From contig JBGANF010000012.1 in NCBI GenBank assembly GCA_044222475.1, positions 1 to 64,000 on the forward strand: a stretch of 64,000 nt of DNA, in the 5' to 3' direction. Shown here piece after piece: positions 8,820 through 18,491 of the stretch (position 1 is the first letter of the stretch; each line of letters starts with the position of its first letter). A program made the translations under genes and the position numbers. Below the pieces are notes generated by a model. The model saw nothing but the letters and a program-made list of their open reading frames with translations, had not been told where the DNA came from and ran no database searches. Origin of the DNA: Polyangiaceae bacterium. GTDB taxonomy: Bacteria > Myxococcota_A > Polyangia > Polyangiales > Polyangiaceae.

Positions 8820-9881
8820 ATGCGCCGCTTGCTCCCGCTTCTTCTGGCGATCGCCGCCGTGCTCGCGTGCAAGCGCACCGAGCCGGTGCCCGAGCCTCGC
8901 GCCGTCCCGCCGGCCGAGCACGGGGCCGCCATCTACGCGAAGATGTGCGCCGTCTGTCACGGGGCGGCAGGCGAAGGCTACAAAGCCGACGAGGCGACCG
9001 CGCTCGCGCACCCCGACTTCCTCACCGCGGTGAACGACGACTACTTGAAGAACGCGATCACGAACGGCCGCAGCGGCACGACGATGTCGTCGTGGGGTTC
9101 GTCGCGCGGTGGTCCGCTCGCACCCAGCGACGTCGCCGACGTCGTCGCGCACATCCGCACCTGGGACGACCCGAAGAAGCCGCGCGCAGCCCTCGACGAC
9201 AAGCCCCCGGCGGGGGATGCGCTCCGCGCCGAAGCCATCTTCGAGAAGGAGTGCGTGAAGTGCCACGGAGCACACGGCACCGGCGGCCCGAACGTGCACA
9301 TCGGCAGCCCCGAGTTTCTCACGAGCGCATCGAACGGCCTGCTCCGGCTCGCGATCAAGAAGGGCCGCGTCGGAACGCCGATGCCCGCGTTCGAGGCCAC
9401 GCTCGGAGAAGAGAAGATCGAAGACCTCGTGACGCTTCTCCGGAGCTGGGAGCTCCCGCCGGTCGTGCGCGCGGCCGCGACCGCGCCGCCGATCCCGCTG
9501 GGTCCGGTTCCGCTGAACCCCCACGGCCCGGAGCCCGAGGGCTTCAAGGTCCAACCGGCGACGACCTCGGTCGACGTCGTGAAGGCTGCGCTCGACAAGG
9601 GGGCGAAGCTCGCGATCCTCGATGCGCGCGCGCCGCCCGACTACACCACCGAGCACATCGCAGGCGCGGTGAGCGTGCCGTTCTACGATCCGTCGCCGTA
9701 CATCCCGAAGCTCCCGCGCGATGCGTGGCTCGTCTGCTACTGCGCGTGCCCGCACGCGGAGTCGGGTCAGCTCGCGCAGAAGCTCACCGATGCCGGGTTC
9801 AAGAAGGTGACGATCCTCGACGAGGGTCTCAACGTCTGGCGGAACAAGAAGTACGGGACGCACACGGGCGACAAGCCCTAG
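8820..9881 (+). CDS. Lipoprotein diheme c-type cytochrome fused to a rhodanese domain
   Basis: VLAC lipobox; CAVCH and CVKCH heme motifs with distal Met; ILDAR...EHIAGA...CYCACP rhodanese motifs. Confidence 0.85.
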   Translation: MRRLLPLLLAIAAVLACKRTEPVPEPRAVPPAEHGAAIYAKMCAVCHGAAGEGYKADEATALAHPDFLTAVNDDYLKNAITNGRSGTTMSSWGSSRGGPLAPSDVADVVAHIRTWDDPKKPRAALDDKPPAGDALRAEAIFEKECVKCHGAHGTGGPNVHIGSPEFLTSASNGLLRLAIKKGRVGTPMPAFEATLGEEKIEDLVTLLRSWELPPVVRAAATAPPIPLGPVPLNPHGPEPEGFKVQPATTSVDVVKAALDKGAKLAILDARAPPDYTTEHIAGAVSVPFYDPSPYIPKLPRDAWLVCYCACPHAESGQLAQKLTDAGFKKVTILDEGLNVWRNKKYGTHTGDKP

Positions 9882-10657
9882 CGAGCGGCGGCTCCATCGA
9901 GCCACTCGAACGCCTCGGTGAACACTCGCTCTCCGTCCGTGACGTTCCCGTGGCTGCACTTCGGCATCTCGAGGTAGATCGACGGGACGCCCTTCGCGTT
10001 CAGCCGGTTCGTCGCGTCCTTCATCCGGTACGGCACGTCGAGCGAGCACGACATCGACACGACGCCGTGCGCCTTGGCCAGTCGCTCCACCTTCGGGTCC
10101 TCGGGCGGCGCGATGATCACGAGGCGCGGGAACAGCTCCGGCCAGCGCTCGTGGACCATCTGCGCGATGGAAGCTCCCGCCGAGTAGCCCACGAGCGTGA
10201 ACCCGTCGCTCGGCGCGGTCGCTCCGGACGCGGCGAGAGCAGCGTCGATGCGCGAGCGCTGCAGCGACGCGCTCCAGGTGAACGAGTGGAAGCCGGAGTC
10301 GGGCTCGCCGCACGGTTGGTCGCCGTCGATCGCGACGACCCCGCCGTGCGATCGCGCGGCCTCCGGGAACGCGAGGAGGTACGCGTACGCGTTCGAGCAG
10401 AGACCCGGCATGAACACGACGCGCGTCGTCGAGCCGTGGAGCGCGCGCACGACGGACGCGGGCGAGTCCTTGGGGACGTTCACGCGCTCGACCTCGGCGG
10501 GCCCTGGGTCTTCGCGGTGAACGTCGACGGTCGCGACCGGGTGCGCCGGCGGAGCGGGCACGGTGGTCGGGGCGGGCTCGGCCTGAATCGGCGACTCGGG
10601 CGAGGCGTGGCAAGCGGCGAGGAACGAAAGGACGACCACGGCGACGATGGGGCGCAT
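9878..10657 (-). CDS. Alpha/beta-hydrolase-fold lipoprotein
   Basis: LAAC lipobox; GYSAG nucleophile elbow; late Asp and His (CSHG). Confidence 0.75.
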   Translation of the reverse strand: MRPIVAVVVLSFLAACHASPESPIQAEPAPTTVPAPPAHPVATVDVHREDPGPAEVERVNVPKDSPASVVRALHGSTTRVVFMPGLCSNAYAYLLAFPEAARSHGGVVAIDGDQPCGEPDSGFHSFTWSASLQRSRIDAALAASGATAPSDGFTLVGYSAGASIAQMVHERWPELFPRLVIIAPPEDPKVERLAKAHGVVSMSCSLDVPYRMKDATNRLNAKGVPSIYLEMPKCSHGNVTDGERVFTEAFEWLDGAAAR

Positions 10658-10708
10658 ACCCCTGCATCGCTCGAGCCGCACCGAGTGTGACCGAGACGCT
10701 CTCGAAGA

Positions 10709-10822
10709 GGAACGCCAGGACGCCAGGAGCGCCAGGGACGTACACGGGCGGAGAGGGCTGGTGCTCGCCGGTCGACTCTCTCATTCGGTGAGTCCCTGGC
10801 GCTCCTGGCGTCCTGGCGTTCC
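10709..10822. repeat. Perfect 31-bp inverted repeat made of 9-mer subunits, 52-bp spacer (MITE/REPIN-like)
   Basis: GGAACGCCAGGACGCCAGGAGCGCCAGGGAC (10709-10739) and its exact reverse complement (10792-10822). Confidence 0.9.
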
Positions 10823-10849
10823 CTCTTTCGACGTCGCCCGCCAAGCGAG

Positions 10850-11761
10850 TCACAGAGAGCCGGAACCGGTCAGCCCCGTGCGACCCGACGGCACCGGCAT
10901 CGTCGAGGTCGCCGTCGGCACCGCCGTCGGCCTCACCGTCGGCGCCGGAGGTGCGCTCGACGCCGACGGTACGGGAACCGGAGGAGCGAGCGCGTCGGCC
11001 GCCGATTTGCGTGCATTCTGCACACGTTCGTCGGCGTCGTGCGCGGGGTCGAGCGCCTTCGCTTCGTCGAGCCGATCGAGGCACTGTTGCCACGCCTTCC
11101 GATCGCACGCGTCGAACGCGAGCTCGCGCAGCTCCTTGGCCCGGTCTTCGGGAGAAGGCACCGTCGGTCTCGGCGGCGCCTTCTCGGACGACGGCACCGG
11201 CGCGACGCGGTCTTCGTCCTTGTTTCGCAGCGCGAGGATCGCGATCACGATCGCCACGATCACGAGGCCGAGCCCAATCGCCGCAGCGTAGCGAACTCGG
11301 AAATGCTCCCGGAGCCTCGAGACGCGCTTCCGCACGCGCGCGGCTGGAACCGCGCTCTCCTCGGCGATGTGCTCGAGCTTCTCGCCTTCCCCTTCGCGCA
11401 GCATCCACTCGAGGGTCTTCTCGTTCTCGGAGCCCGGCGGCAGCTCCCCCTTCGCCCATCGCAGGAGCCCCTTCGCCGATCCATCCGACGGCGGCTGGTC
11501 CGCGACGTCCACGTCGTCCGGATCGGCGGGGACCTCGCGACGGCGCTTGCGGAAGTGATCCGCGATCTCGTTGCGCGCGATGCCGAAGAGCCACTTCGTG
11601 AGCTCCTCCTCGGTCTCCGGCGCGTTCTTGGCTGCCAGCGCCTCGGTCAACGTCGACTGGACGACGTCGTGCACGTCGTCCGGGCCAAGGCGCGCCGCGA
11701 CGAAACGGGTGAGCCGTTCGTTCAGTGCGGGGTCGGCCAAGTGGCGCCGTCGAAGAGACAT
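10850..11761 (-). CDS. ECF-type sigma-70 factor with C-terminal TM helix and extracytoplasmic extension
   Basis: DVHDVVQSTL and WLFGIARNEIADHFRK (region 2); HIAEES...VRKRVSRLR (region 4); then a TM helix; start may be GTG 11779. Confidence 0.8.
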   Translation of the reverse strand: MSLRRRHLADPALNERLTRFVAARLGPDDVHDVVQSTLTEALAAKNAPETEEELTKWLFGIARNEIADHFRKRRREVPADPDDVDVADQPPSDGSAKGLLRWAKGELPPGSENEKTLEWMLREGEGEKLEHIAEESAVPAARVRKRVSRLREHFRVRYAAAIGLGLVIVAIVIAILALRNKDEDRVAPVPSSEKAPPRPTVPSPEDRAKELRELAFDACDRKAWQQCLDRLDEAKALDPAHDADERVQNARKSAADALAPPVPVPSASSAPPAPTVRPTAVPTATSTMPVPSGRTGLTGSGSL

Positions 11762-11856
11762 CTCCGAATCTTCCTCCACCTACATCGGGGCTCGGCGAAA
11801 TTGTGTGACCGGCCAGCCAACGATTTCCATCCCCGAGCGTATTCATGATCATCCCC

Positions 11857-13053
11857 ATGAGAAAGCTCGGCCGACTCGCCCTCGCCTTGGCCCTCGCCGC
11901 GTCGGCCGCACTCGCTCCCGGGCTCGCCGGCACCGCGTGGGGCGCCCCGATGAGCACCGACCTGACGACGGTGCGAAGCGACTCGGCGACGATCGTCATC
12001 GGCACGGTGCGGTGGGTGAACGTCCCCTCCACGGCCGGCCCGGGCGCCCTCCCGAAGCCGGTGCTGATGATCTCGGTCGACAGCACCATCCGCGGGACCG
12101 CCCCCGCGGTGATGTCGGTCGGCGAATCACCCGACGGTCACGCGTTCGTCGACAACGAGCGCGTCGTCGCCTTCGTCGACGGCAAGAACGCGCTCCGCTG
12201 GATCGGACGGAAGATCGCCGGGCCCGACATCGAGCACGGCGTCCTCCAGCTCCAAGGCTTCTTCGATTTCAACGCGCACATCGTGCACCCGGGGATGATG
12301 ACGCTCGCGCAGCTGAAGACCTACCTCGCGACGGGGACGATCAAGAACACCTTCGCCGGCACGATCGCGTTCCCCGATGGGCACGGTGGCTTTCGTCCGT
12401 CGGCGCGACACCTCGCGCTCGACTGGGATCCGGTGGCGCGCACCGGCTCGGTGAGCGGCTTCGCTCCGTCGTGCCTCGCGCTGAACACCGTGTTCGGGCT
12501 CGAGTGGGGGCAAGTCGAGCTCCGCTTCACCGACACCTGCAACTACGGAAGCAAGTCGCGCTCGCTCTCGCTCGACGGCAAGCCGACCGGCGTCGATGCG
12601 TCCGGCGCGATCACCGTCGACCTCGTGCCGACCGAGCCGCTGCTCGAGGAGTCGGAGTTCGATCCCTACGTGACCGACGGCCACGTGTCGGACGTGACGC
12701 GCGTCGTGCGAGTGACGCTCGCGGATGGCACCGCGTGGTCGTGGCACATCGGCGAAGGACTCCTCGATCCGTCGGGGAAGAAGCGCGGCGACGGCGGCGC
12801 GGGCAGCAGCATCTCGGAGAAAGCGACCCCGACCGGGAAGACGACGACCTCCGAGCAGTATTGGCAGTTCGGAGAGGTGACGATCCGCCTGTCGCAGACG
12901 ACGACCACGGGAACCTCACCGTCGATCGGAAACGACAGCGGGCTCCTCGCCGCCATCGATGCCGGCGGATGGAAATGCTCGTTCGAGCGAAAAGGCCTCG
13001 CGCCCTCGCCCTGCACACTGCGCCAGGATCCGCCGATCGTCGTGCGGCGGTAG
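11857..13053 (+). CDS. Secreted hypothetical protein, beta-rich
   Basis: Long signal peptide (MRKLGRLALALALAASAA...TAWG); GC3-type codon usage. Confidence 0.7.
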   Translation: MRKLGRLALALALAASAALAPGLAGTAWGAPMSTDLTTVRSDSATIVIGTVRWVNVPSTAGPGALPKPVLMISVDSTIRGTAPAVMSVGESPDGHAFVDNERVVAFVDGKNALRWIGRKIAGPDIEHGVLQLQGFFDFNAHIVHPGMMTLAQLKTYLATGTIKNTFAGTIAFPDGHGGFRPSARHLALDWDPVARTGSVSGFAPSCLALNTVFGLEWGQVELRFTDTCNYGSKSRSLSLDGKPTGVDASGAITVDLVPTEPLLEESEFDPYVTDGHVSDVTRVVRVTLADGTAWSWHIGEGLLDPSGKKRGDGGAGSSISEKATPTGKTTTSEQYWQFGEVTIRLSQTTTTGTSPSIGNDSGLLAAIDAGGWKCSFERKGLAPSPCTLRQDPPIVVRR

Positions 13054-13054
13054 C

Positions 13055-13357
13055 CTACTTCTTCGCGCGCTTGTGCGCCTTGATCGACTTGAGCGCGGCC
13101 TTGGTGCGCTTCGAGGTCTCGGCGACGTGGATGTCGTGGTTCTGCTGGAGGTTGAGCCAGAACACGGCCGTCGTGTTGAGGAACTTCGCGAGACGCAGCG
13201 CGGTGTCGGCCGAGATCCCACGCGTGCCGGTGACGATGCGGGTCACGCGGTTCGCCGGGACCTGAATCGCCGAGGCGAGCCCGCTCGCGGTGAGGCCGAG
13301 CGGCTCGAGGAACTTGTCTTGGAGGACCTTACCGGGATGCACGTTCGAGTTCTTCAT
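13055..13357 (-). CDS. higA: HigA-family antitoxin/HTH regulator (orphan)
   Basis: HPGKVLQDKFLEPLG...ISADTALRLAKFLNTTAVFWLNLQ is the classical HigA signature. Confidence 0.9.
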   Translation of the reverse strand: MKNSNVHPGKVLQDKFLEPLGLTASGLASAIQVPANRVTRIVTGTRGISADTALRLAKFLNTTAVFWLNLQQNHDIHVAETSKRTKAALKSIKAHKRAKK

Positions 13358-13429
13358 GGGGAGGGCACCTTGTGGGCCAGCGCGCGAGGGCGGGCACCGT
13401 ACCCGGATGGTACAAACAACCGGAGCCGG

Positions 13430-13444
13430 AAGAAACAATTTCTT
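13430..13444. promoter_or_regulatory. AT-rich palindrome upstream of higA, putative operator
   Basis: AAGAAA-CAA-TTTCTT; TACCAT -10-like hexamer on the minus strand at 13412-13407. Confidence 0.45.
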
Positions 13445-13479
13445 GTGAGCCCAAAACGGTACGGGATTCGAGCAGTTGC

Positions 13480-16400
13480 TCACGCCGTTGGGGCTGAGGT
13501 CAGGCGGAGTGCGAGCGCGCGGATCCGCATCGCCTCGGGCACGCGCTCCAGGTAAGTCTTGCGGCGCGCGGGCGACATCTTCTCGGCTCGTTCGTCGAGG
13601 ATTGCTTGGGCGATGCGCAGCGCCGTGGCAGCGGCTTCCTTTTCGCCCGCAGCCTCGAGCATGGCGACGTGGGCGGCGCGCACCGCGAGATCGCCGACGA
13701 ACGCCGCACCTTTGCCAGCGTCGAGCTGCCGCAGCGCTTCGACCGCGGGCGCGCGCGCTTCCTCGACTCGCCCGGCGAGCACGAGCGCGTCGGCCAAAAC
13801 CGCGAGCGAGGCCATCCGCACCGGGCCGTCGGGGGAGTTGTCGACGGCGAACTTCGCGTACTCGATCGCCTTGGCGGCATCTCCGCGCAAACACGCGATC
13901 AGCGCTAGACAGCGTCGAGCCAGCGTCGCGAGCCGCGGAGCCGAGCGCGACTCGGCGCTCGCCACGACCTCCTGCTCGATGGGCTCCGCCTCGTCGAGGC
14001 GACCGATGGAGTAGAGCGCGAACCCGATGTTCTGCCGCGCGGTGAGCGCGGTGGCCCAGAGCCCGAGCCGCAGGCACTCGGCCTCGGTCTGCCGAAGGCC
14101 TTCGATGGCCTCCTCGAACGCGCCCATCATCATCAGCGCGAACGCGACGTTCACCCGCTGCGTCAGCGAGCTGCGATCGTCCCCCGCGCGCGCGTGACAG
14201 TTCACCATCGCGATCTGCTCGGTCAGCAGCCACTCGTAGTCGCCTCGATCGTACGCCCGGAGACCCGCACAGCTGTGGAGGCGAGCCATCACGCCGGGAT
14301 CGTCTTCGAACGTCTTGGGATCGAACGACGCGACGCGCTCGAGGATGCGGAACCCCAAGTCGCGCATCCCGCTGACGATCGCCCCCGACGCGACCTGCGT
14401 CGCCGCGATGACGTACTCGCCGGCCACCTCGTCTCGGATCGGCACGTCGAGGAGTTGCGAGGCGAGGCTGGGGAGCCGTCCGCGAAGACCGCCGAACGAC
14501 GACGCATGACCGGAGGTGCGGATCGCCATGAGCCACTCCTTCGATCCCGGCGGGAGAAGCGTGAGCGCGACGGTCGCGTCGTCGGACGCCATCGTGGTGT
14601 CGCCCGCCCATCGGCACGCCTCCGCGCGAAGAGTGAGGAGGGCGCCTCGAACGTCCGGCATGGGATCGAGGGCGAGCGCGCGATCGCAGACCTTGAGCAC
14701 GTCGGCGAAGGCGTTCGCCCCGAGCGCGCGCTCCGCCGCGCGTTGGAACCAGGTCACGGCACGATCGTGGATCCCTCCGCGCTCGTAGTGGTTCGCGAGG
14801 ACGAACGCGTCGCGCTCCCCCGCCCCTTCGAGCCACTCTCCCGCGAGGCGGTGGCCGAGCTTCGCGTCGTCGGGGGTCAACATCTCGTACGCCGCGTCGC
14901 GAACGAGCGCGTGGCGGAAGATGAACTCCGTCGTGTTCGGAAAGCGACCGTCGCCTCGGCGAGCGACCAGCTCGCGCTTCTCGAGCGAACGGAGCACGTC
15001 GTCGATCGCTCCCGCGGACCCCTGCTGTAGAAGCGCCACGACTCCACCGGTCCACGCGGTCTGCCCGAAGATGCTCGCTGCACGGAGGACGCGTCGCTCT
15101 TCGACGTCGAGCGCCTCGAGGCGCGACTGGACCATCGCGAGCAGCGACGACGACGACCCTCGACCTTCGCTCTCGGCGCGAACGAGCTCCTCGAGGTAGA
15201 GCGCGTTTCCCGCTCCTTGCTGGACGATGCGATCGACGGCCTCGGGCGGCACCTGGGGACCGAGGGCCTCTCTGACGAGGCGCTCGGCCGCTTTCTTCGA
15301 CAGCGCCGAGAGGGGCACCGGCTGGACCGCGCGCTCGGCCCAGAGACGAGGAAACGCCGTCTGGACCTCGGGACGGGCGAGCGCGACGACCAGCCACGGC
15401 ACGTCCGGTCGGCGCTCGAGCACGCGATCGACCAGCGCGACGGTGAGCGCATCGCCCCAGTGCAGATCTTCGAACACGGTGAGCAGCGGCTGGCTCGCGC
15501 TCTCCGCCACGACGAAGCTCTCGAAGGCCCATGCGATGCGCTCGGCCATGAGCGCCGGGTCGTTGCGCGCCGCGCGCAGGCGCATGCTCGGCTCCGGATT
15601 TGGCGCCTGGGCGACCTCACCGAGCAGCTCGGCCACTTCGGTGATGTCTTTCGTCACGGTGCGCGCCACGCGGGCGCGCAACCGGGCGAACGGGTTGGGC
15701 GATCCGTCGGTCACGCCCGCGGCGTGGCGGAGCGCCTGCCCCAGCAGCGCGTACGGGGCGGTCGTCGTCACGGCGTCGCCCCGGGCGAAGAGCACGGAGT
15801 GAGGCGCGCCCGCCGTCTCGAGCCCGTGCAAGAACTCCCACCGCAGGCGCGACTTCCCGACCCCGGCCGGCGCAGTGACGAGGACGACGCGCGCCACGGA
15901 GTCGCCCGCCACCTCGTCCCAGACCGCGCGCAGGACGGCGAGCTCTCGATCGCGACCGACACAGGCCATCGCTCGTCCCAAAAAGGTACGAGTCGGCGCA
16001 ACGACCTCGCGCTCGCCGCTCAGCACCAATCCACCCGCGCCCGGCGTCACGTCGAAGCGTCCGTCGAGGAGCCCGGACGTCACGTCGTCGATCGCCACTC
16101 GGTCGGTGCACTCGCGGGACAGGAGCGCGGCCGCGCGCTCGAACACGTCAGTCCCGCGACCGCTCTTCGTGCCGAGGCCGCCGGTGCTCGATGGGTCGAG
16201 CACGGCGCGACCGGTGACGAGCGCCATCGCCATGCCCCCGAGCTCGCGCCGCATGCGGAGCGCGCACCGCGCGGCGATCGCCGCCTGGTCGATCGCGCTC
16301 CCGAAGCCGCTGACCGCCGCGAGAAACGTCCCGTCGGCGAGGACCTCCGCGCGGGCTCCCAACCCCGAGAGCACCTGGACGAGCTCCGCGCGATTCTCCG

Positions 16401-17376
16401 GGCTCGCCGCGACCACTTGCGTCTCCTCCTCCGACGCCGATTTCCGCGGCGGCACCTTGGCGACGATGACGCTCACGAGCCGGCGCTCGGTGCCGGTGAG
16501 CATCTCGTGACCACCGGTCGGCTTCGCGCGAACGTCGGTTGCTCGTTCGGTGTCGCCGAAGCGCACCTCGGCGAGCGCCTCGGCCGCGACGACGCCGTCG
16601 GCGGGGCGCTCGGAGGGGATCTTGGCGAGCATGCGCGCGACGACCTCCGCGACCCCGTCGGGGATCGTGGGCACGAGCGCGCGAACGTCGGGCGCGTCCT
16701 CGAGGAGGACCTTGGCGAGCAACGCCATGAGCGACTCGCCCTCGAAGACGTGGCGCCCGGTCAGGCAGTAGAAGAGAAGCCCGCCGAGGGCGAACACGTC
16801 GGCTCGCGCGTCGACGTCGCGCGAGCCGCGCGCTTGTTCGGGTGCCATGAAGTGAGGCGTGCCGAGCATCATCCCGGTCTGCGTCAGCTCCGAGACGCCA
16901 CCGGCGCGCGCGACGCCGAAGTCGATGAGCACCGGGCGTGCGAGCTCACCGCCTCGCAGGATCACGTTGCTGGGCTTGATGTCGCGGTGGATGAGCCCGG
17001 CGCGGTGAGCGTAGCCGAGCGCTTCGGCGATGCGACGCACCACGTCGACGCTCTCGCGCACCGTGAGGCCTTCGGTCGCGAGCCTTTGGCGAAGCGTCAC
17101 GCCGTCGATCCACTCCATGGCGACGTACACGCCGGCCGACAGATCGATACCGTGGGCGACGTGCCGCACGATCCCCGGGTGGGTCAACGCCGCGAGCATC
17201 GAACCTTCGCGCACGAGGCGCTCGGCCTCGACGTCCGACAACGTCGCGTGCATCGTCTTCAGCGCCACGGTCTCGCCCGAGGATCGGTCGTGGGCCCGAT
17301 AGACCGCTCCCATTCCGCCGCGCGCCGAGAGCGCTTCGATCGTGAATCGATTTCCGACGATGGTTCCCGGTTCCAT
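13480..17376 (-). CDS. Ser/Thr kinase - degenerate cyclase-like region - AAA/STAND ATPase - TPR protein
   Basis: VALK, HRDIKPSN, DFG and APE kinase motifs; Walker A APAGVGKS and Walker B FEDLHW; FIFRHALVRDAAY; helical repeats. Confidence 0.9.
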   Translation of the reverse strand: MEPGTIVGNRFTIEALSARGGMGAVYRAHDRSSGETVALKTMHATLSDVEAERLVREGSMLAALTHPGIVRHVAHGIDLSAGVYVAMEWIDGVTLRQRLATEGLTVRESVDVVRRIAEALGYAHRAGLIHRDIKPSNVILRGGELARPVLIDFGVARAGGVSELTQTGMMLGTPHFMAPEQARGSRDVDARADVFALGGLLFYCLTGRHVFEGESLMALLAKVLLEDAPDVRALVPTIPDGVAEVVARMLAKIPSERPADGVVAAEALAEVRFGDTERATDVRAKPTGGHEMLTGTERRLVSVIVAKVPPRKSASEEETQVVAASPENRAELVQVLSGLGARAEVLADGTFLAAVSGFGSAIDQAAIAARCALRMRRELGGMAMALVTGRAVLDPSSTGGLGTKSGRGTDVFERAAALLSRECTDRVAIDDVTSGLLDGRFDVTPGAGGLVLSGEREVVAPTRTFLGRAMACVGRDRELAVLRAVWDEVAGDSVARVVLVTAPAGVGKSRLRWEFLHGLETAGAPHSVLFARGDAVTTTAPYALLGQALRHAAGVTDGSPNPFARLRARVARTVTKDITEVAELLGEVAQAPNPEPSMRLRAARNDPALMAERIAWAFESFVVAESASQPLLTVFEDLHWGDALTVALVDRVLERRPDVPWLVVALARPEVQTAFPRLWAERAVQPVPLSALSKKAAERLVREALGPQVPPEAVDRIVQQGAGNALYLEELVRAESEGRGSSSSLLAMVQSRLEALDVEERRVLRAASIFGQTAWTGGVVALLQQGSAGAIDDVLRSLEKRELVARRGDGRFPNTTEFIFRHALVRDAAYEMLTPDDAKLGHRLAGEWLEGAGERDAFVLANHYERGGIHDRAVTWFQRAAERALGANAFADVLKVCDRALALDPMPDVRGALLTLRAEACRWAGDTTMASDDATVALTLLPPGSKEWLMAIRTSGHASSFGGLRGRLPSLASQLLDVPIRDEVAGEYVIAATQVASGAIVSGMRDLGFRILERVASFDPKTFEDDPGVMARLHSCAGLRAYDRGDYEWLLTEQIAMVNCHARAGDDRSSLTQRVNVAFALMMMGAFEEAIEGLRQTEAECLRLGLWATALTARQNIGFALYSIGRLDEAEPIEQEVVASAESRSAPRLATLARRCLALIACLRGDAAKAIEYAKFAVDNSPDGPVRMASLAVLADALVLAGRVEEARAPAVEALRQLDAGKGAAFVGDLAVRAAHVAMLEAAGEKEAAATALRIAQAILDERAEKMSPARRKTYLERVPEAMRIRALALRLTSAPTA

Positions 17377-17381
17377 GCGCG

Positions 17382-18491
17382 TCACCGAGCGCTCGCGCCC
17401 CAAAAGGCGACGTTGGCGCCGTTGAGCTGGGTCCCCTTCCCGGTCGTCGTGTCGATCGACAGCACGGCGCCGTTGCAGGTCAATCCATACAGGGTCGGGC
17501 CGTACGCCGCGAGCCCCCAGACGCAGGTGAAGCCGATCGACCCGAGGATCTTGGAGGTCTTCGTCACGAGATCGAACTCGACGAGGTCGTCGGGCTGAGA
17601 GCCCGTCGCCGACGCGAGCAGCCGAGGACCGACGAACGCGAGGTCGCCGCTGGACGAGCGACCGGGCGGGAAGCTCGTGACGAACGTCGCGACGCCGGTG
17701 CCGAGATCGAGCGTGTAGAGCCCGCTCCCTCCGCTGACGTAGAGCGACCCGGTCGGCGACACGTCGGCGCCGTTGATGTTGCCCGCCGTGGTGCTCTTGA
17801 AGAACGTCGCGACGCCGGTCGATTGGTTCACGGTGTAGAGCTGGTTGAAGCCGATCCCGTAGAGGACGTTCGACGGGTGGAGCGCGATGTCGGTGAGCTG
17901 CGATCCCGTCGGCCCGATGACCTTCACCTGCCCGGACGGGAGTCGGATGTCGTAGAGCGTCGTCCCCGAGTGGGCGATCGCGCGCGCCTGGCAGCCGAGC
18001 TGCAGATCGCACGTGTGGCTGATCGGGCAGAGCGCGTCGTTCGGGACGTGGTCACAGCCCTCGTTCGCCTCGTTGCACGAGTCGACGGTGCACCCGATGC
18101 CGTCGCTGCAGCTCGGCGCTGCGCCGGGCACGCACCCTTGGACGAAATTGCAGGCCTCCGCTCCGTTGCAGAAGATGCCGTCGTCGCAGAGCTGCGGCCT
18201 CGGGAGGTGAGTGCACACGCGCAGATTGGGATCACAGCGGTCGAGGGTGCACCCCACCGCGTCGTCGCACTGGACATCCGAGCTGCACCCCGCGTCGGTG
18301 ACGATCACGTCGATGACCTGCCCATCGCGAACGTCGGGCACGGCGGGCACGGCGTCCGCCGAGGCATCGAGTCCCACGCTGGCGTCCGAGGCGGTTCCGC
18401 CCCCGATGCCGACCTCCGTCCGCGCGCCGCAGCCGAGGGCGAGGGAGGCCAGCGTGCCCAGCGCAAGCCGCCGAAGCCGAAAGGTGCGCAT
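17382..18491 (-). CDS. Lipoprotein with Cys-rich repeats and C-terminal beta-propeller
   Basis: ALGC lipobox; CDDxxxCTxDxC repeats; LYxxDxxTG blade repeats. Confidence 0.8.
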   Translation of the reverse strand: MRTFRLRRLALGTLASLALGCGARTEVGIGGGTASDASVGLDASADAVPAVPDVRDGQVIDVIVTDAGCSSDVQCDDAVGCTLDRCDPNLRVCTHLPRPQLCDDGIFCNGAEACNFVQGCVPGAAPSCSDGIGCTVDSCNEANEGCDHVPNDALCPISHTCDLQLGCQARAIAHSGTTLYDIRLPSGQVKVIGPTGSQLTDIALHPSNVLYGIGFNQLYTVNQSTGVATFFKSTTAGNINGADVSPTGSLYVSGGSGLYTLDLGTGVATFVTSFPPGRSSSGDLAFVGPRLLASATGSQPDDLVEFDLVTKTSKILGSIGFTCVWGLAAYGPTLYGLTCNGAVLSIDTTTGKGTQLNGANVAFWGASAR

